The notes under the pieces were generated by a model. The model had not been told where the DNA came from. It made no database searches and saw only the letters and a program-made list of their open reading frames with translations. A DNA stretch of 64,000 nt from an uncultured Actinomycetota bacterium (GTDB taxonomy: Bacteria > Actinomycetota > Actinomycetes > JAHEKZ01), in contig CAVURN010000005.1 of assembly GCA_963743915.1 (NCBI GenBank), forward strand, positions 32,001 through 96,000, read 5' to 3'. Shown here in pieces: positions 62,563 through 64,000 of this stretch. Position 1 is the first letter of the stretch, and each line of letters starts with the position of its first letter. A program made the position numbers and the translations under genes.

Positions 62563-64000
62563 ATGCAGATACCCCCGCGCACGCCCGGACTCCCGGAGCC
62601 CGCGCTCCTGGCCCGCATCCGCGAAGCGGTCATCGGCGACGACACCGTCATGCCCGGTCCCTACGGCCCGCGCCGCGTCACGTACGCCGACTACACCGCC
62701 AGCGGACGCGCTCTCGCCTTCGTCGAGGACTTCATCCGCGACCAGGTCCTCCCGCGTTACGCCAACACGCACACCGAGTCGAGCGGCACCGGACGCCAGA
62801 CCACCCGGCTCCGGGAGGACGCGCGCCAGATCATCCGGTCCGCGATCGACGGTGACGAGGACACGTGCGTGATCTTCTGCGGATCCGGTGCGACGGGGGC
62901 GATCGACCGGCTCATCGCCATCCTCGGCCTGCGCCTGCCGTCGGCGCTCGCCGACGCGTACCACCTGGACGCGCACATCCCCGCCGACCAGCGCCCGGTG
63001 GTGTTCACCGGCCCGTTCGAACACCACTCCAACGAGCTTCCCTGGCGCGAGTCGATCGCCGAGGTGGTGCGGATCCCTGAGGACGCCGACGGCCACATCG
63101 ACCAGACGGTGCTCGCCGAGCAGCTCGAGGCCCACGCTCATCGGCCGCTGCGGATCGGTGCCTTCTCAGCAGCGAGCAACGTGACAGGGATCGTCAGCGA
63201 CACCTACGGCATCTCCGCCCTCCTGCACCGCCATGGGGCACTCGCCATCTGGGACTTCGCTGCCGCCGGCCCGTACGTCGACATCGACATGGTCGCCCCT
63301 CCGGGCCAGGATCAGCTCGCCTACAAGGACGCCATCGTGCTGTCCCCGCACAAGTTCGTCGGCGGGCCGGGCACGCCGGGCGTCCTGGCGGTGCGGCGGC
63401 AGCTGCTCACCAACCGCGTGCCCGCCGTCGTCGGCGGCGGCACGGTTGCCTACGTCAACCCCGAGGACCACGTGTACCTCGCCGACCCGGTCCACCGCGA
63501 GGAAGCAGGGACCCCGGCGATCGTCGAGTCGATCCGCGCCGGTCTCGTGTTCCAGCTGAAGGAGGCCGTGGGCGCCGACGTCATCCACGCCCACGAGAGC
63601 GACTACGTGCGTCGCGCCATCAGCGCCTGGTCCTCGGTGCCCGAGATCGAGGTGCTCGGCAACCTCGACGCCGAACGCCTCTCCATCCTGTCCTTCGTCA
63701 TCCGCCGCCCTGGCGGTCGCTACCTGCACCACAACATGGTCGTCGCGCTGCTGAACGACCTCTTCGGGGTCCAGGCACGAGGGGGATGCTCCTGTGCGGG
63801 CCCCTACGGCCACCGGCTTCTCGGCATCGACATCGAGCGCTCCCACGAGTACGAGCGCGCCATCACCGCCGGCTGTGAGGGCATCAAGCCGGGGTGGGTG
63901 CGTGTCAACTTCAACTACTTCATCGGCGAGGAGGTCTTCGAGTACGTGGTGCGCGCGATCGCCTTCGTGGCGCAGCACGGGCATGACTTCCTCGGCGACT
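62563..64000 (+). CDS. class V PLP aminotransferase (cysteine desulfurase-like), runs off the window
   Basis: Read manually: [40 protein letters not shown]. Confidence 0.9.
   Translation, partial: MQIPPRTPGLPEPALLARIREAVIGDDTVMPGPYGPRRVTYADYTASGRALAFVEDFIRDQVLPRYANTHTESSGTGRQTTRLREDARQIIRSAIDGDEDTCVIFCGSGATGAIDRLIAILGLRLPSALADAYHLDAHIPADQRPVVFTGPFEHHSNELPWRESIAEVVRIPEDADGHIDQTVLAEQLEAHAHRPLRIGAFSAASNVTGIVSDTYGISALLHRHGALAIWDFAAAGPYVDIDMVAPPGQDQLAYKDAIVLSPHKFVGGPGTPGVLAVRRQLLTNRVPAVVGGGTVAYVNPEDHVYLADPVHREEAGTPAIVESIRAGLVFQLKEAVGADVIHAHESDYVRRAISAWSSVPEIEVLGNLDAERLSILSFVIRRPGGRYLHHNMVVALLNDLFGVQARGGCSCAGPYGHRLLGIDIERSHEYERAITAGCEGIKPGWVRVNFNYFIGEEVFEYVVRAIAFVAQHGHDFLGD

Overview
High-GC actinobacterial chromosome segment. 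A conserved backbone (ettA-ssb, tRNA-Arg-orn-tRNA-His, tRNA-Lys, groES-like/DUF3618-bcp-tRNA-Leu, rdgB-rph-MBL-murI, cysM-cysO-mec-DUF2017-clpS) is interspersed with accessory modules. These include modABC, an ABC exporter, a PAP2/kinase/flippase lipid cluster, a DszB-like desulfinase with rhodanese, TetR and MFS, amine catabolism genes, USP-Acg, an ApbE/ferric reductase/NuoF-like/ferredoxin operon, secreted hydrolases and a metal ABC importer. Many single-base frameshifts, including in housekeeping genes, point to assembly indel errors. The main unexplained structures are: (1) an AbiEi/Vsr-like nuclease gene bracketed by two 60-bp self-palindromic inverted repeats, inserted between murI and cysM; (2) a bipartite upstream motif shared by that gene and ssb; (3) two paralogous PLSLLxDL microproteins with matching sigma28-like promoters; (4) an orphan transposon end with four 21-bp repeats next to tRNA-Lys; (5) a flavinylation operon with low-complexity exported proteins in place of FMN-binding domains; (6) a duplicated ALDH 3' end flanking an amidohydrolase-LacI cassette. 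No CRISPR array, rRNA, integrase or transposase gene was seen. All calls were made by eye from motifs; no database searches were run.
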